A stretch of DNA of 64,000 bases, from assembly GCF_009914755.1 (NCBI RefSeq), contig NC_060934.1. The stretch is one strand, 5' to 3'. The notes below the pieces were generated by a model that saw nothing but the letters and a program-made list of their open reading frames with translations, ran no database searches and was not told the DNA's origin. The number at the start of each line of letters is the position of its first letter. The stretch's first letter is position 1. Source of the stretch: the human T2T-CHM13v2.0 reference genome, Homo sapiens. The translations under genes and the position numbers were made by a program. Below are positions 61,101 to 64,000 of this stretch, in pieces.

Positions 61101-61567
61101 TGTAACTGACCCAATAGTTTCATAGACAGGATTTTGTTTGTCTGCTTTTTTTTTTTTTTTTTTTTTTAATAAACAGATATTGACCTTTCTGGTCTGAAAG
61201 ATTGAAACTTACATTTGTTTTATCTGAGTACCTTCTTCAACTGTAACCGCAGGGCCTCTCAAAAAGTATCAAAAAACTGAAACTCATCAGATTATAGCAT
61301 CCAGACAATGAGATGTCCCTCATTTGTCATGATTGCTTCCTTACTCTACCCAAGTTCCTGTTTTCTCATACATAGTTTCATTTCTTCCCTGCTATATAAA
61401 TCCCCAATTTCAATTGGTCAGGCAGATGGATTTGAGACTGATTTCCCTCTCCTCATCTGAAGCACTGATTAAGCCATTCTTCCTTGGCAAAAATCATTGT
61501 CTCACTAATCAGCTTTCTGTGTGGCTAGCAGCAGGACCCAGATGGTACCCCTGCTGTATCAGTAACA
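61101..61567 (+). mobile_element. LTR47-like solo LTR
   Basis: TGTAACTGACCCAATAG...GAAACTTACATTTGTTTTATCTGAG...CCCTGCTATATAAA...GTAACA; TG/CA ends, flanks ATAT/ATGT. Confidence 0.8.
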
Positions 61568-61569
61568 AT

Positions 61570-62700
<1,131 letters not shown>

Positions 62701-64000
62701 TATAGAGGAGGAAAGGGGATAAAAGGAAGAATAATCTCAGAAAAGGAAGATAGAGATGCTGGTAAGCAAAAAAAGAGATTACCTATTACACATAAAAGTA
62801 ATTTGTACATTATTTTCGAGAAGAAATAAAGTTTTCCAAAATTGATTAAAAGAAAACACAACTTTCAAATACTAATAAATTAGTCAAAAACACAAAATTT
62901 TATGTTTCTATTTTTATATCAATGTTTCCATGGAGTTAAATGGATATAGCTAATTTATACAATCTTAAAAAAAAGAAGATTAGTTTTACTGGTAGCTGAC
63001 TTCATTAAAATATTCTTCTTAAGCCATTTGGGAGGCAAACCTCTAGGTAATGTTACAGGATGTTAAAGTCATTTAAATACAAATAACGTATGCCATATTT
63101 GCATTTAACAAGTTAACCCAAGTTCATCCTACCTGTAGGGCTTTTAAAATGTTATAAAAAGAATAGATAAGCAAAATCTTTCTTTAAGTATTATACTTCA
63201 ATTCTCAAAACTTAATGTGAAATGTGGAAAGACAAATGCCTTTTCTTTGATCTCGGTTGGAATTTTGGGCTGAAATCCATATTTGTACCTGATCTGTGAA
63301 CTGTGTCTTGTATAATGAACAGATTCATGGTGAAATCCTTTGGGCTTGTTAGCTTTTTTTCTATTGAATAGTGATGCTTCTGGGGTAATGTGATGGTCCA
63401 CAAACACCAACACTAAAAATGAAATTTTTAGATGGCTAAAAAACAAGAAACAGAACAGTGAAATAGTATACCTGGCCATGTTATTCTTTCCATGCAACAA
63501 ATCAAAATTCTTTAGGCTTCATTTAAAGCAGCAAAAGGCAGCCTGATTAATTCAATGTATGCCTCAATGATCCTCAGCCAAACTCATGGTTGTGACATAT
63601 GAAATATAATTGGTATGAGTTGAAATAGCCTGTCTTCTTTCAGTCTTTCATAATAATCCTACTGTGTTAAGGCTAACATTTCTTCATAATAATATCCCAT
63701 TGATTGGTGAAATTTTGTACATGAGGAACAAAGGGGCATGAAATTTAGGGCACAGCCATCATGTGTGGCCATTCTTGTACTGTTGTTTGAGTGATGTTAA
63801 AAGGGTAATCTGTCTTGAAAACATTTGATGTCTCAGGTGAACGCCTGCTACCCCCAGATTCACTATGTTATACCAATGTATTAGCATGTATTTGTGTATT
63901 GCATCTCCAGAAAGCCACCACTGAAATGTTAACCTGTTCATCAGTGACACTATTAAACAAATACATCCATATAATTATATAAACTTAGAGGAAATGGGTC

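Overview
This is primate DNA, almost certainly catarrhine and probably human (AluY and L1PA4-type elements are present). It is AT-rich and CpG-poor, consistent with a gene desert or a large intron. I find no convincing host protein-coding gene, CpG island, functional RNA gene or CRISPR-like system. Nearly all ORFs in the track are Alu, LTR, L1 or low-complexity artefacts. The window is a layered record of transposable elements: about 18 Alu/FLAM copies, a full-length MSTA-type MaLR provirus (646-3398), solo LTRs (THE1D, THE1B, LTR9-like, MLT1F-like, LTR47-like), old L2/MIR/L1M fragments and DNA transposons (Tigger3a, MER3). The most unusual object is an L1PA4-like insertion (57345-60430) bounded by a 10-bp target-site duplication (TSD). 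Its complete 5' UTR plus most of ORF1 is inverted against the last ~1.3 kb of the element, and ~3 kb is missing. This points the L1 antisense promoter and an open, extended ORF0 (173 aa) into the element's own 3' end and poly(A) signal, which could form a self-contained mini transcription unit. Also notable are a second, much older 5'-inverted L1MA, a nested perfect hairpin, a perfect 44-bp tandem duplication and a CpG-retaining THE1B LTR. Subfamily names come from my recollection of consensus sequences rather than from a search, and the boundaries of old repeats are approximate.
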